A stretch of 64,000 nt of DNA, taken from NCBI GenBank assembly GCA_964509695.1, contig CAZDXN010000002.1:6621-70620 (forward strand), written 5' to 3'. The DNA is from an uncultured Pseudomonadales bacterium. Its GTDB lineage: Bacteria > Patescibacteriota > Microgenomatia > UBA1400 > MFAQ01. Under the pieces are notes generated by a model. It was not told the origin of the DNA. It saw only the letters and a program-made list of their open reading frames with translations, and searched no databases. This document shows positions 49,490 through 58,584 of this stretch, piece by piece; within the stretch, counting starts at the first letter, position 1; every line of letters starts with the position of its first letter. Position numbers and translations under genes: made by a program.

Positions 49490-52400
49490 CCGTAGCCATC
49501 TCTCAATCTTTCTCCTCTTCTTCCGGCCGCGCCGGCGGCGGAAATACCGTTACTATAGGCTCTATTTCAGACGGGAAAATCTACCAAAGTGTGAACGTCG
49601 GCGATACCTCCACGTATGATTTCTCGGCCTATGTCTATGACGCCACCACCGGCAACGTCGGCGGGACGGTGACATCCTCTATCGCCCAGCTCTACTACAA
49701 CGGCGCAACCATCGCAACCACATACACCGATGCGGGTTCGGGCTGGTGGAAACTGACGGGGACGTTGACCGGCGCCAACGCCTCCCGCGAGTACGGCGTC
49801 TTGGTCAAAGCCGGGAAAACCGTGAAGGTTGATGATTTTACGTTATCCAAACAAGGTACCTACAGCGTCTATACAACAAGCGCCTATTCCAACGCGCAGG
49901 TCAATACTTGGGATACGTTTTGCGAAGGGACACTGGTTGGTTCCACCTGCACCACGGACTCGACCGCCACCGGTAACGCGGCAATCAAGTACCAGCTTTG
50001 TACCGATGACGGCTCCACCTGCCAATCCGGTTCGTCTTGGAAATACTGGACAGGGTCTGCGTGGGCTGCGGCGACTGACACCACAACGACAGTCAACAGT
50101 GCTGCCCAACTGACACAATCTGCGATGCAGGCGCTCCCGATTACCTCCCAAAAAATTTCGGTGAAAGCGATCTTGACGTTTGGCGGGAGTGATACGCCAC
50201 TCCTCCCCCACGTTTCGATAGGACTGACCACGGATACCACGGCTCCAACGACCAATGCTTCAGCAATCGCCATGACCCGCTCAAGCGGCGGAACGAGTAT
50301 GTCCAGTAACGACTGGAGCAAAGGCTCATCACCATACTTTTCCTGGACGGCTGGGGCGGATAACGCGGGCGGATCTGGACTCAAGGGGTACTGTTTATAC
50401 TTGGGAACTGATTCTGCGGGAGCACCATCGACAAGTAAGGGACTTTTGGGCACTTCGCCCGTTTCCACAACCGGTACTACCTGCCAGTTTATCGTCTCGG
50501 CAACCAGCGTCGATCTGGCTACCAGCGGCTACATCGGGACGGCACTCACCACCTCCAGTTCACCGTACTATTTTAATATCAAAGCTGTGGATAACTCTGG
50601 AAATATTTTTTCCGGCACGAGTGTCCAGTTTCAATTCCGGTTTGACAACACCGTGCCGACAAATACATCCTACATCTCCTGTGCGTCCGGCTCGTTTTCC
50701 AACGTGGCGGATATGAATTTTAGCTGGCCTATTTCCGGAAGCGCTGCCTCTTCCGATGCCAATGCCGGACTTTTAGGCTGGCAGTACCAGATCAACTCGA
50801 CGTCGGGAACGTGGCTCGGGACAACCACGGAGGCACTCCTTGGAGTGACCAACTATATTCCCTCTTCGGCCACGTCCCGCACCCTGTCGCAATCCCAGGA
50901 TGGCAGCTCCATCGTCACCGGAACCAACGTGGTGTATTTCCGCACGGTGGACGCGGCGGGCAACCCATCGGCCGACTCTACCATCCGCACCTGTAACCTC
51001 TCGTATGGCGGAGCTGCTCCGTCATTTGGCGGGACGGATACCGTGACGGTGACACCCACCACGTCGACCGCAAACTCATACGCGCTTTCCTGGCCGGCAG
51101 CTACCGCCACATCCGGTCAAACGGTAGCCCATTACTACTACATGGTCAATACTTCGCCTCCAAGCACGCTTGCCACCCTTCAGGGAAACGCGTCCACCTA
51201 TATCGACAACGGAACCACAAGGACTGTCTCTGCTGCGGCTCTTCCGAGCGTGAACAAGGGAAGCAATACGGTGTATGTGGTGGCGATTGATAATGCAAGT
51301 ACGCCCAATTACTCGCCCAGTAACGTCATTTCCGGCACGTTTACCTTGAGTTCAACCGATCCGGACAACGTTGGGAGTCTGGTGGCTTCCGACAGCAGTA
51401 TCAAATCGTCATCCCAGTGGAACGTCACGCTGACCTGGGTTGCACCCACATATCAAGGAGCAGGAAACCTAACGTATCTGGTCAAACGGTCAACAGATAA
51501 CAGCACCTTTACGCAAGTCGGAACCTCAACAGGTTTGTCCTATGTGGACAACGCTCCCTCATCAGCGCTGTACTACTACAAAGTGTATACCAAGGACGGC
51601 GCCAGTGCTCAAAGTTCGGGAACAAACGCCGTATCGATAACGCCGACCGGAAAATGGACGAGCGCACCGAGCCTTTCCACCGGTCCGGATGCCGGCAGTC
51701 TCACGACCAAAAAAGCGACGATCACCTGGACAACGTCCCGGTCTGCCGATTCAAAAATCCAGTACGGAACAACCTCGGGAAGCTACGGATCGGTCGAGCC
51801 GAGTAATTCATCGCAAGTCTCTTCCCATTCGATTCAGTTGACCGGTCTCAATCCGGGCACCACCTATTATTACAAAGCCAAATGGACTGACGAAGACGGC
51901 AACACGGGTACATCTGGTGAGAAAAGTTTTTCGACAACCTCGGCCCCAACCGTGAAAGACGTTTTGGCCAAAAGCATCGGACTGACGACGACCACGATTC
52001 AATACACCAGTCTCAACGCCAGCAAGGTGAAGATTTATTACGGCACCACCACATCCTTTGGCGGATCAAAAGAGGTGTCCACCTCGACCTCGGAAACAAC
52101 CTATACCACAGAACTCACGGGGTTATCTGACGGCACGAAGTATTACTACAAGATCAATACTTTTGATTCTGATAGCACGGAGTACGAAGGAACAACGCTC
52201 GACTTTACCACCCTGCCCCGGCCAAAAATTACCAATGTCCGTATTCAGCAAGTCGCCAACACCGCGCAGTCCACCATTCTCATTACCTGGACCACCAACA
52301 CCGACGTGTCTTCCATCGTCACCTACTACCCCGAAGGCCAGACCGGGTACGCCAGGGATGAAGTCAACGTGGCGCTCACCCGCGGTGACCACCGGATGAT

Positions 52401-52905
52401 TGTGCGGGGTCTTCTGCCGCAAACGGATTACCTGCTCGTAGTGAAGGGTCGGGATAAGATTGGCAACGAAGCGGTGAGCGACTCCCAACGGCTGACCACC
52501 GCTACCGATACCCGACCGCCACAGATTTCAGACCTGCATGTGGAGGGAAGTAACATTCCGGCAGTCACTCAGACTGCCCAAGAACAAACCGCCCAGCTCA
52601 TCGTGTCCTGGAATACCGACGAGCCTGGTAGCTCTCAAGTAGAGTTTGGCGAAGGGACGGGAACGACGTATGCCCAAAAAACCCAGGAGGACAGCAATCT
52701 GACGTTCAATCACATCGTCATTATCTCCAATCTTACGCCATCAAAAGTGTATCATGTGCGATCCGTCTCCAAAGACAAGGCTGGAAATATCGGCAACTCC
52801 ATTGACACGGTCACGATTACCCCCAAAGCGACGGAAAATGCGCTTAACCTTGTCATCACGAATTTACAGGGGGCCTTTGGCTTTTTAGGAGGCTTGAAAA
52901 AATAA
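49396..52905 (+). CDS. in-frame continuation of the DGR target: rest of VR, jelly-roll/CBM-like region, Ser/Thr-rich region, four Fn3/PAP-N-like repeats. The ORF track starts it at GTG 49591.
   Basis: Same frame as 48244-49395 with no stop in 49396-49590. Four repeats of the type ITWTT..S...V.YG......H...L.GL.P.T.Y.Y......D..GN span about 51700-52840. Confidence 0.75.
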   Translation, partial: NDASVAGAFTASLGGTPGDTGGYIGFRCASDPVAISQSFSSSSGRAGGGNTVTIGSISDGKIYQSVNVGDTSTYDFSAYVYDATTGNVGGTVTSSIAQLYYNGATIATTYTDAGSGWWKLTGTLTGANASREYGVLVKAGKTVKVDDFTLSKQGTYSVYTTSAYSNAQVNTWDTFCEGTLVGSTCTTDSTATGNAAIKYQLCTDDGSTCQSGSSWKYWTGSAWAAATDTTTTVNSAAQLTQSAMQALPITSQKISVKAILTFGGSDTPLLPHVSIGLTTDTTAPTTNASAIAMTRSSGGTSMSSNDWSKGSSPYFSWTAGADNAGGSGLKGYCLYLGTDSAGAPSTSKGLLGTSPVSTTGTTCQFIVSATSVDLATSGYIGTALTTSSSPYYFNIKAVDNSGNIFSGTSVQFQFRFDNTVPTNTSYISCASGSFSNVADMNFSWPISGSAASSDANAGLLGWQYQINSTSGTWLGTTTEALLGVTNYIPSSATSRTLSQSQDGSSIVTGTNVVYFRTVDAAGNPSADSTIRTCNLSYGGAAPSFGGTDTVTVTPTTSTANSYALSWPAATATSGQTVAHYYYMVNTSPPSTLATLQGNASTYIDNGTTRTVSAAALPSVNKGSNTVYVVAIDNASTPNYSPSNVISGTFTLSSTDPDNVGSLVASDSSIKSSSQWNVTLTWVAPTYQGAGNLTYLVKRSTDNSTFTQVGTSTGLSYVDNAPSSALYYYKVYTKDGASAQSSGTNAVSITPTGKWTSAPSLSTGPDAGSLTTKKATITWTTSRSADSKIQYGTTSGSYGSVEPSNSSQVSSHSIQLTGLNPGTTYYYKAKWTDEDGNTGTSGEKSFSTTSAPTVKDVLAKSIGLTTTTIQYTSLNASKVKIYYGTTTSFGGSKEVSTSTSETTYTTELTGLSDGTKYYYKINTFDSDSTEYEGTTLDFTTLPRPKITNVRIQQVANTAQSTILITWTTNTDVSSIVTYYPEGQTGYARDEVNVALTRGDHRMIVRGLLPQTDYLLVVKGRDKIGNEAVSDSQRLTTATDTRPPQISDLHVEGSNIPAVTQTAQEQTAQLIVSWNTDEPGSSQVEFGEGTGTTYAQKTQEDSNLTFNHIVIISNLTPSKVYHVRSVSKDKAGNIGNSIDTVTITPKATENALNLVITNLQGAFGFLGGLKK

Positions 52906-52909
52906 CATT

Positions 52910-53671
52910 ATGACCAACGCCACGATTCATATTGCTCATGTTTCCAAATCATTCCACGTCGGAGTGCAGGATGTGCCGGTACTGAGAGATATCTCCTTTG
53001 AGGTATATCCCAATGATTTCTGCGTCATTTTTGGCCCATCGGGGTGCGGCAAATCCACGCTCCTGCATACGATTTTGGGGCTGGAAGCGCCAAGTGCGGG
53101 AACCTGCACGTTTCTTTCTCAAAATTTGTATGAGGGCATGGATGAGGACGAGCGGAGCGATTTTCGCAAAAACCACGTGGGCATGGTTTATCAACAGCCC
53201 AACTGGATTAAGTCGCTCACTGTTTTAGAAAATGTGGCCTTTCCATTGATACTGATGGGGAAACCAAAGGGTGAAAGTTTGGAAAAGGCAAACGCCATGC
53301 TCGAGGTCATGGGGATGCGTGACTGGTCGGGGTACGCTCCGACGGAACTCTCGAGCGGTCAGCAACAAAAAGTGGCTCTGGTTCGGGCGCTTGTGACCAA
53401 TCCCGAAGTCATTATTGCCGACGAACCAACCGGAAACCTGGATTTTGAATCGGGTCAGGAACTCATGCAGTTGCTCGTCACTCTCAACAAGGAACAGGCA
53501 AAAACGGTTCTCATGGTCACCCATGACTTGGAATACTTAAAATTCGCCAAAACGGTGGTCAAGATGTTTGACGGCGCCATCGCCGGAGAATACGCGGAAA
53601 AAGACAAAGAAACGTTACTGAAAGAGATTAAAGGGAAACGAGGGAACGGAAATATAATATGCCAACGCTGA
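52910..53671 (+). CDS. ABC transporter ATP-binding protein (MacB/LolD/FtsE-like)
   Basis: Walker A GPSGCGKST, signature LSSGQQQ, Walker B IIADEPTGNLD. Confidence 0.9.
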   Translation: MTNATIHIAHVSKSFHVGVQDVPVLRDISFEVYPNDFCVIFGPSGCGKSTLLHTILGLEAPSAGTCTFLSQNLYEGMDEDERSDFRKNHVGMVYQQPNWIKSLTVLENVAFPLILMGKPKGESLEKANAMLEVMGMRDWSGYAPTELSSGQQQKVALVRALVTNPEVIIADEPTGNLDFESGQELMQLLVTLNKEQAKTVLMVTHDLEYLKFAKTVVKMFDGAIAGEYAEKDKETLLKEIKGKRGNGNIICQR

Positions 53672-55698
53672 AAGAAAAAACCACCATATCTTTCATCAAC
53701 CTTAAAACCGACTTCTGGAAGCTGGCGACATTTGTGCTGCTTCTCATCGTGTATCTTCTGGCCAAGATGGCAACGTCTCTCGTCTTCATGTTGGAAACAA
53801 AAACCCACGGACTCGGACAAAAACTCACCAAAAACTCATTCTTTGCAAAAGTCTTGCTCAAATCAAAGAACGCGTATGACCGCATCACCGTTATTTTGGA
53901 TCATCAACAACCCGGATCCATTTCCAGAATCGAACTCATCGAACTTTCGTTGCGGAACATGAAATCAAAAAAAACACGGACGTATATCACCATCGGCGGC
54001 ATGACGATTGGTATTGGCACGATTGTTTTTCTCGTTTCCCTGGGCTATGGGGTGGAACAGCTCGTCGTGACCCGCGTGGCCAGACTCGAGGAGATGAAAC
54101 AAGCGGACGTTTCTCCTCAAGCCGGAGGAAAAGTAAAGATTACCGATAAGACGCTCTCCAATTTTAAAGAAATTCCATCCGTAGATATGGCGCTTCCCTT
54201 GATCGCGGTCGTGGGACGGGTCAGTTATTTAAACTCGGTCACGGACATGGCGGTGTATGGCGTCACGACCGATTATCTTAAGCAATCCGCCATTAAACCG
54301 GTGGACGGAAAAGTGTTTGAGAGTAACGACCTTTCTTTTGACGTGTCTCACCTCAAAGGGCAGGTAGCCGGCGTGTCAACGGACAGAAAAACCGGGACGA
54401 TAGGTGAAAAAATCCAGGACGTCGATTTTACCATTGATCCGGGAACGTGGATTCGCGTCCGCGAGAATCCGTCAACGACTGGCAAAATTATTGGGTATAC
54501 CAAACGCGTGGAAGGGTCTCCGCAAGGAGAAGAAATCTGGGGAGGGAAATATGAATCAGATACCGGCGTGGGGACATTTGGAGAAACGGAAGACGGAAAA
54601 ACGATCGGGAAATGGATACAATCTGACGTGCTGCTCTGGAAAAGCGAAAAATGCGATCCGGCCACTCAAGGTGACTGCGAGGGTGGAAAGTATTTGGTGG
54701 CCCGAGGTGAGGACAACAAGCAAATTCAAAAAACAGGATATATTGCCGAAATAGGGATCAAACTCTCCGGTGTCAACTTGAGTGAGCCGAAAGTTTTGGG
54801 AGTAACTACGGACGCGTCGGGTAGCGCACAGGTAAATTGGGTCGAGATTGCGTCGGAAGCGGGCATTATGAAACCGCCGGATACAAAAACCGTTGATCTT
54901 TCCACGTCTGCCAAACGCGAGGCGGTGGTGAATCGGGCCATGCTCTCGGTGTTGGGCATTAAAGAGGCTGAAGCCCTTGGTAAAAAGTTTATGACCTCGT
55001 TTGTGGTGGTTGGCGATCTGTTAAGCGACTCCACGGCAAATATCGAATCGTCTCAAGCGGAATACACGATTGTCGGCGTGATCCCCGAAGAAAAAACACC
55101 ATTTTTTTACGTGCCATTTCTTGATCTCCGGAGTTTAGGCATTGCGAATTATTCCCAAGCCAAAGTGGTGGTGAAAGATCAAAATGAACTTGTCAAAACC
55201 AGACGGCAAATTGAGTCCATGGGGTATATGACCCGCTCGGTAGCTGATACCGTAGCGCAAATCAATTCGTTGTTTGCAACGGCAAGAACCGTGCTCATGT
55301 TGCTGGGAATGGTGGCGCTTTCCGTTGCGGCACTGGGGATGTTTAACACGCTCACCGTTTCTCTCCTGGAGCGTACACGGGAAGTTGGCCTGATGAAAGC
55401 GATGGGCATGAAATCATCAGAGGTGCAGGAATTGTTTTTGACAGAATCGATGATTATGGGATTTTTCGGCGGAATTTTGGGAATCATGCTTGGCGGGGTC
55501 TTAGGAATACTCGTCAGCATCATGCTATCGTTCTTTGCCGTTATCAAGGGTGTGGGGTTTGTGAACATTTCCTATATCCCTCTCCCGTTTATTCTCGTGA
55601 TTATCTTCTTATCTCTATTGGTGGGATTGGTGACCGGTATTTATCCGGCACGAAGAGCGACAAAAATATCAGCATTAAATGCGTTGCGATACGAATAA
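53659..55698 (+). CDS. MacB-like ABC permease (large extracytoplasmic domain plus C-terminal FtsX domain)
   Basis: 679 aa. TM1, then an extracytoplasmic region of about 430 aa, then three C-terminal TMs with REVGLMKAMGM. Overlaps the ATPase gene by 13 nt. Confidence 0.8.
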   Translation: MPTLKEKTTISFINLKTDFWKLATFVLLLIVYLLAKMATSLVFMLETKTHGLGQKLTKNSFFAKVLLKSKNAYDRITVILDHQQPGSISRIELIELSLRNMKSKKTRTYITIGGMTIGIGTIVFLVSLGYGVEQLVVTRVARLEEMKQADVSPQAGGKVKITDKTLSNFKEIPSVDMALPLIAVVGRVSYLNSVTDMAVYGVTTDYLKQSAIKPVDGKVFESNDLSFDVSHLKGQVAGVSTDRKTGTIGEKIQDVDFTIDPGTWIRVRENPSTTGKIIGYTKRVEGSPQGEEIWGGKYESDTGVGTFGETEDGKTIGKWIQSDVLLWKSEKCDPATQGDCEGGKYLVARGEDNKQIQKTGYIAEIGIKLSGVNLSEPKVLGVTTDASGSAQVNWVEIASEAGIMKPPDTKTVDLSTSAKREAVVNRAMLSVLGIKEAEALGKKFMTSFVVVGDLLSDSTANIESSQAEYTIVGVIPEEKTPFFYVPFLDLRSLGIANYSQAKVVVKDQNELVKTRRQIESMGYMTRSVADTVAQINSLFATARTVLMLLGMVALSVAALGMFNTLTVSLLERTREVGLMKAMGMKSSEVQELFLTESMIMGFFGGILGIMLGGVLGILVSIMLSFFAVIKGVGFVNISYIPLPFILVIIFLSLLVGLVTGIYPARRATKISALNALRYE

Positions 55699-55780
55699 TC
55701 TGGTTCTCAACAAACGAATTTGCATTCCTTGATCTTGTCTGATATACTAACGATCAGTTCTTTGGGAAACTCAAGAACTC

Positions 55781-55807
55781 TGCCACCATCATAGGGTGGC
55801 ATTTTTG
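55781..55807 (+). terminator. rho-independent terminator after the ABC operon
   Basis: tgccacc-atcatag-ggtggca followed by tttttgt. Confidence 0.65.
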
Positions 55808-55833
55808 TACATGACCATTCAAGGAGGTGAATT

Positions 55834-56166
55834 ATGAAAAAGATTATTGTCCTAAACGCACTCATTATCATTTCACTGCTTCTGGCAGTTCCCGTGTATG
55901 CGGCATCAGCCGATGTGACCAAGATTGAAACATTTATCAAAAGCGCCATTCAGGTGTTAGTCACGCTTGCCGGTCTTATTTCCGCCGGGTTCTTTGTCTG
56001 GGGCGGGGTCGGATACATGACGAGTTCCGGCAACCCGGAAATGCTTGATCGTTCCAAAAAAACCATTTGGTATTCAGCGATTGGTTTAGCGGTTGTACTT
56101 GGAGCATTTGTTCTCACAAACATTGTCTCTGATTTAGCAACCGGAGCATTCGGGGTAACGCCGTAA
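55834..56166 (+). CDS. VirB2/TrbC-like conjugative pilin
   Basis: Signal peptide ...VPVYAASA, then two hydrophobic helices around GYMTSSGNPEMLDRSKKTI. Strong SD aaggagg 7 nt upstream. Confidence 0.65.
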   Translation: MKKIIVLNALIIISLLLAVPVYAASADVTKIETFIKSAIQVLVTLAGLISAGFFVWGGVGYMTSSGNPEMLDRSKKTIWYSAIGLAVVLGAFVLTNIVSDLATGAFGVTP

Positions 56167-56195
56167 CCCCCTCAATCTTTGGCCTATGAATCACT

Positions 56196-57488
56196 ATGAA
56201 ACGAATCGTATTGGCACTCAGCACCATACTGATACTCCTTCTTGCACCCTCAGTGGCATATGCCGCAACGAATGCACCCTCGGAGGTAACGGCGTTTACG
56301 AGTGACGCCCTTTCCATCATTACGATGATTTCGGGCGCAGCAGCGGTCTTTTTTTTAATTCGCGGCGGATACGTCTACATCACCTCAACGGGTCGGCCTG
56401 ATGCACTTGAAGATGCAAAGAAAACGATCCGCAACGCTTTACTCGGACTCGTACTCGTCATTGCAGCCAACGGGATTGTGTCCCTACTCCAAGGGGCGCT
56501 AGTAGGCAATGGGGACGCTGGCACGATAACGAATCTCCCATTAACCCAAATTGAAAGCGTCCCGCCAAACGAGGGATTAACCCAAGTTCTTATCGATGCC
56601 GTCAATGGCTTTATCCAAAACATCGTTGAAAGCTCAACCAAGCCTATTGTAGATGGCATCATGAGCTTTCTATCAACCACGCCGACACTTTTAACCAATG
56701 CAACTATCGTCAAGTTCTGGCTGATTATCCTAGGAATTACCGACACCTTGTTTGTCCTGGTGATAGCGCTTCTGGGACTGCAGTTTATGAGTGCTTCTAC
56801 CTTTGGTTTTGAAGAAATTGAGTTTAAACATCTCCTGCCCAGGATTGGACTTGCTTTTCTGGCTGCGAATGTTTCACTGTTTCTTGCCGACTATGCCATC
56901 CAAGCCAGTAACGCCTTGGTATCTGGGGTTCTCTCGGCCACCGGCGGTCTGAGCCAAGCCTGGATAAGTAATGCAATAACTGTATCAAATCTCACCAACG
57001 GTACGGCGCCGTTTATTATCCTGATTTTTCTGCTTATTTTTCTGATTATTTCCATTGTTTTACTCCTTATGTATATCAGCCGGTTGATTGTCATTTCACT
57101 CGGGGCAGTGCTTTCACCCTTGGTATTTCTGTTATGGGCAATGCCCAAAACTTCTGACTTTGCGGAAATGGCCATCAGGGGCTATTTTGTGTCCGTGTTT
57201 ACGATTTTTGTACATGTGGTCACCATTCAACTGGCTGCAGCTTTTCTTACCTTACCAGAACAGACCGGTAATTCGCTCATTTCCATTGCGGTGGCAATAG
57301 GCCTTCTGTTAACGCTTCTGAAAATCCCCACCTTTTTGATGCAACTGATTCTTTTTTCGTCCCGCGTCGGATCGGTAAAGCAAATGGGCAACCACATTAT
57401 CAATGTCATGAGCGCAGACAGCGCCGGTAACACCGTCAGCCACGGAATGAAATCAGTTAAAACCCCCAGAAAGTCGGTTGACCTATGA
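56196..57488 (+). CDS. fusion of a VirB2-like pilin module to a VirB6/TrbL-like polytopic channel protein
   Basis: The N-terminal roughly 100 aa are paralogous to the 55834 product (YITSTGRPDALEDAKKTI vs YMTSSGNPEMLDRSKKTI). At least 6 further TM helices follow. Confidence 0.6.
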   Translation: MKRIVLALSTILILLLAPSVAYAATNAPSEVTAFTSDALSIITMISGAAAVFFLIRGGYVYITSTGRPDALEDAKKTIRNALLGLVLVIAANGIVSLLQGALVGNGDAGTITNLPLTQIESVPPNEGLTQVLIDAVNGFIQNIVESSTKPIVDGIMSFLSTTPTLLTNATIVKFWLIILGITDTLFVLVIALLGLQFMSASTFGFEEIEFKHLLPRIGLAFLAANVSLFLADYAIQASNALVSGVLSATGGLSQAWISNAITVSNLTNGTAPFIILIFLLIFLIISIVLLLMYISRLIVISLGAVLSPLVFLLWAMPKTSDFAEMAIRGYFVSVFTIFVHVVTIQLAAAFLTLPEQTGNSLISIAVAIGLLLTLLKIPTFLMQLILFSSRVGSVKQMGNHIINVMSADSAGNTVSHGMKSVKTPRKSVDL

Positions 57489-57967
57489 GAACCACAATTA
57501 TTCCGGCACAAATTACCACGGTCGAGGACAAAATTGCTGGATCGCTCAACATGACGCAAATTTTGATCATGATCGTGCCGATTTTGTGGACGGCCCTAGT
57601 CTATGCCGTATTTTATCCAAGCACCAAGATTGTTCCGTATAAATTTGTACTGGTATTTGTTGTCACTGCAATTTGTTTTATTTTGGTGCTAAGAATCAAA
57701 GACAAAATTATCGCCGAATGGCTGGGGGTACTGACCAAGTACCGGATGCGCCCAAAATATTATTTGTTTAATAAAAACACGTTAGTAAACCGTACTCTGG
57801 ACATGCCCGACATTCCATTTGAAATTAATCTTGCCAAAAAACATACAGTTAAGCCTGTTCCGGCTAAAACTAACGAGATCAAGCTGTCAGATCTGGTAAG
57901 ACTTGCGCATCTGGTTGATTCCGGGAGAATCGCTTTGCGATATCAATTTAAAAAGAGACTGGTATGA
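57485..57967 (+). CDS. PrgI / VirB3-like small membrane protein
   Basis: IPAQITTVEDKIAGSLNMTQILIMIVPILWTALVYAVFY and a second TM. Located just upstream of the VirB4-like gene. Confidence 0.55.
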   Translation: MRTTIIPAQITTVEDKIAGSLNMTQILIMIVPILWTALVYAVFYPSTKIVPYKFVLVFVVTAICFILVLRIKDKIIAEWLGVLTKYRMRPKYYLFNKNTLVNRTLDMPDIPFEINLAKKHTVKPVPAKTNEIKLSDLVRLAHLVDSGRIALRYQFKKRLV

Positions 57968-58584
57968 AAAATATATTTAAAAGATTATCCAAAGTAAGCA
58001 GCCGCCAACAAATTCAGATCAAAGAAGTGGTGGATAATATCCTGGTACTTCCAGGTAACGAATACCGGCAAATTCTGGAAACCTCGTCGGTGAACTTTGA
58101 GCTCAAAAGCGAAGACGAACAGGACGTAATGATTGATAGCTTCCAAAACTTTCTCAATGCGCTCCCTTGTCAAATTCAAATCTTAGTCCGGGTAAGAGAA
58201 ATCGATATTGATAAATACGTTGAGGATATTTCTAAAACTAAGGAAAAAGAAACCGTTACGGCGTATAAAAGACAGATTGACGGCTACTGCGCCTTTGTTA
58301 AAAAGTTAGTCTCCGGTAACAAGATTCTTTCCCGGCGCTTTTACATTGTTGTGCCATACAAACATACTGACCGCCACCAAGATTGGAAACTGATTAAAGA
58401 ACATTTAGCCCTAGAAAAAGACATCATTATCAAAGGCTTGGAACGGATGCAAATGAAGGCCAGATCGTTATCAGGACTGGAAATTCTTAACCTTTTTTAC
58501 ACCTTCTACAACAGCGAAAGCATGAAAACCCAAGCGCTGACCAAAGAAACCGTAGAAGCATTTCTGAAAAACAACTATGTTTAA
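57964..58584 (+). CDS. T4SS-associated hypothetical protein, translationally coupled to the VirB4-like gene (8-nt overlap)
   Basis: 206 aa, no NTPase motif. Call rests on gene order only. Confidence 0.4.
   Translation: MKNIFKRLSKVSSRQQIQIKEVVDNILVLPGNEYRQILETSSVNFELKSEDEQDVMIDSFQNFLNALPCQIQILVRVREIDIDKYVEDISKTKEKETVTAYKRQIDGYCAFVKKLVSGNKILSRRFYIVVPYKHTDRHQDWKLIKEHLALEKDIIIKGLERMQMKARSLSGLEILNLFYTFYNSESMKTQALTKETVEAFLKNNYV

Noticed and set aside
48395-50468. Numerous plus- and minus-strand ORFs of 60-194 aa overlapping the DGR target (for example 49129-49506, 49843-50211, 49884-50468)
   Set aside because: They are nested in a long, well-supported coding frame in GC-rich, stop-poor DNA. Their products are Arg/Pro/Gly-rich low-complexity sequences. 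They are treated as spurious.
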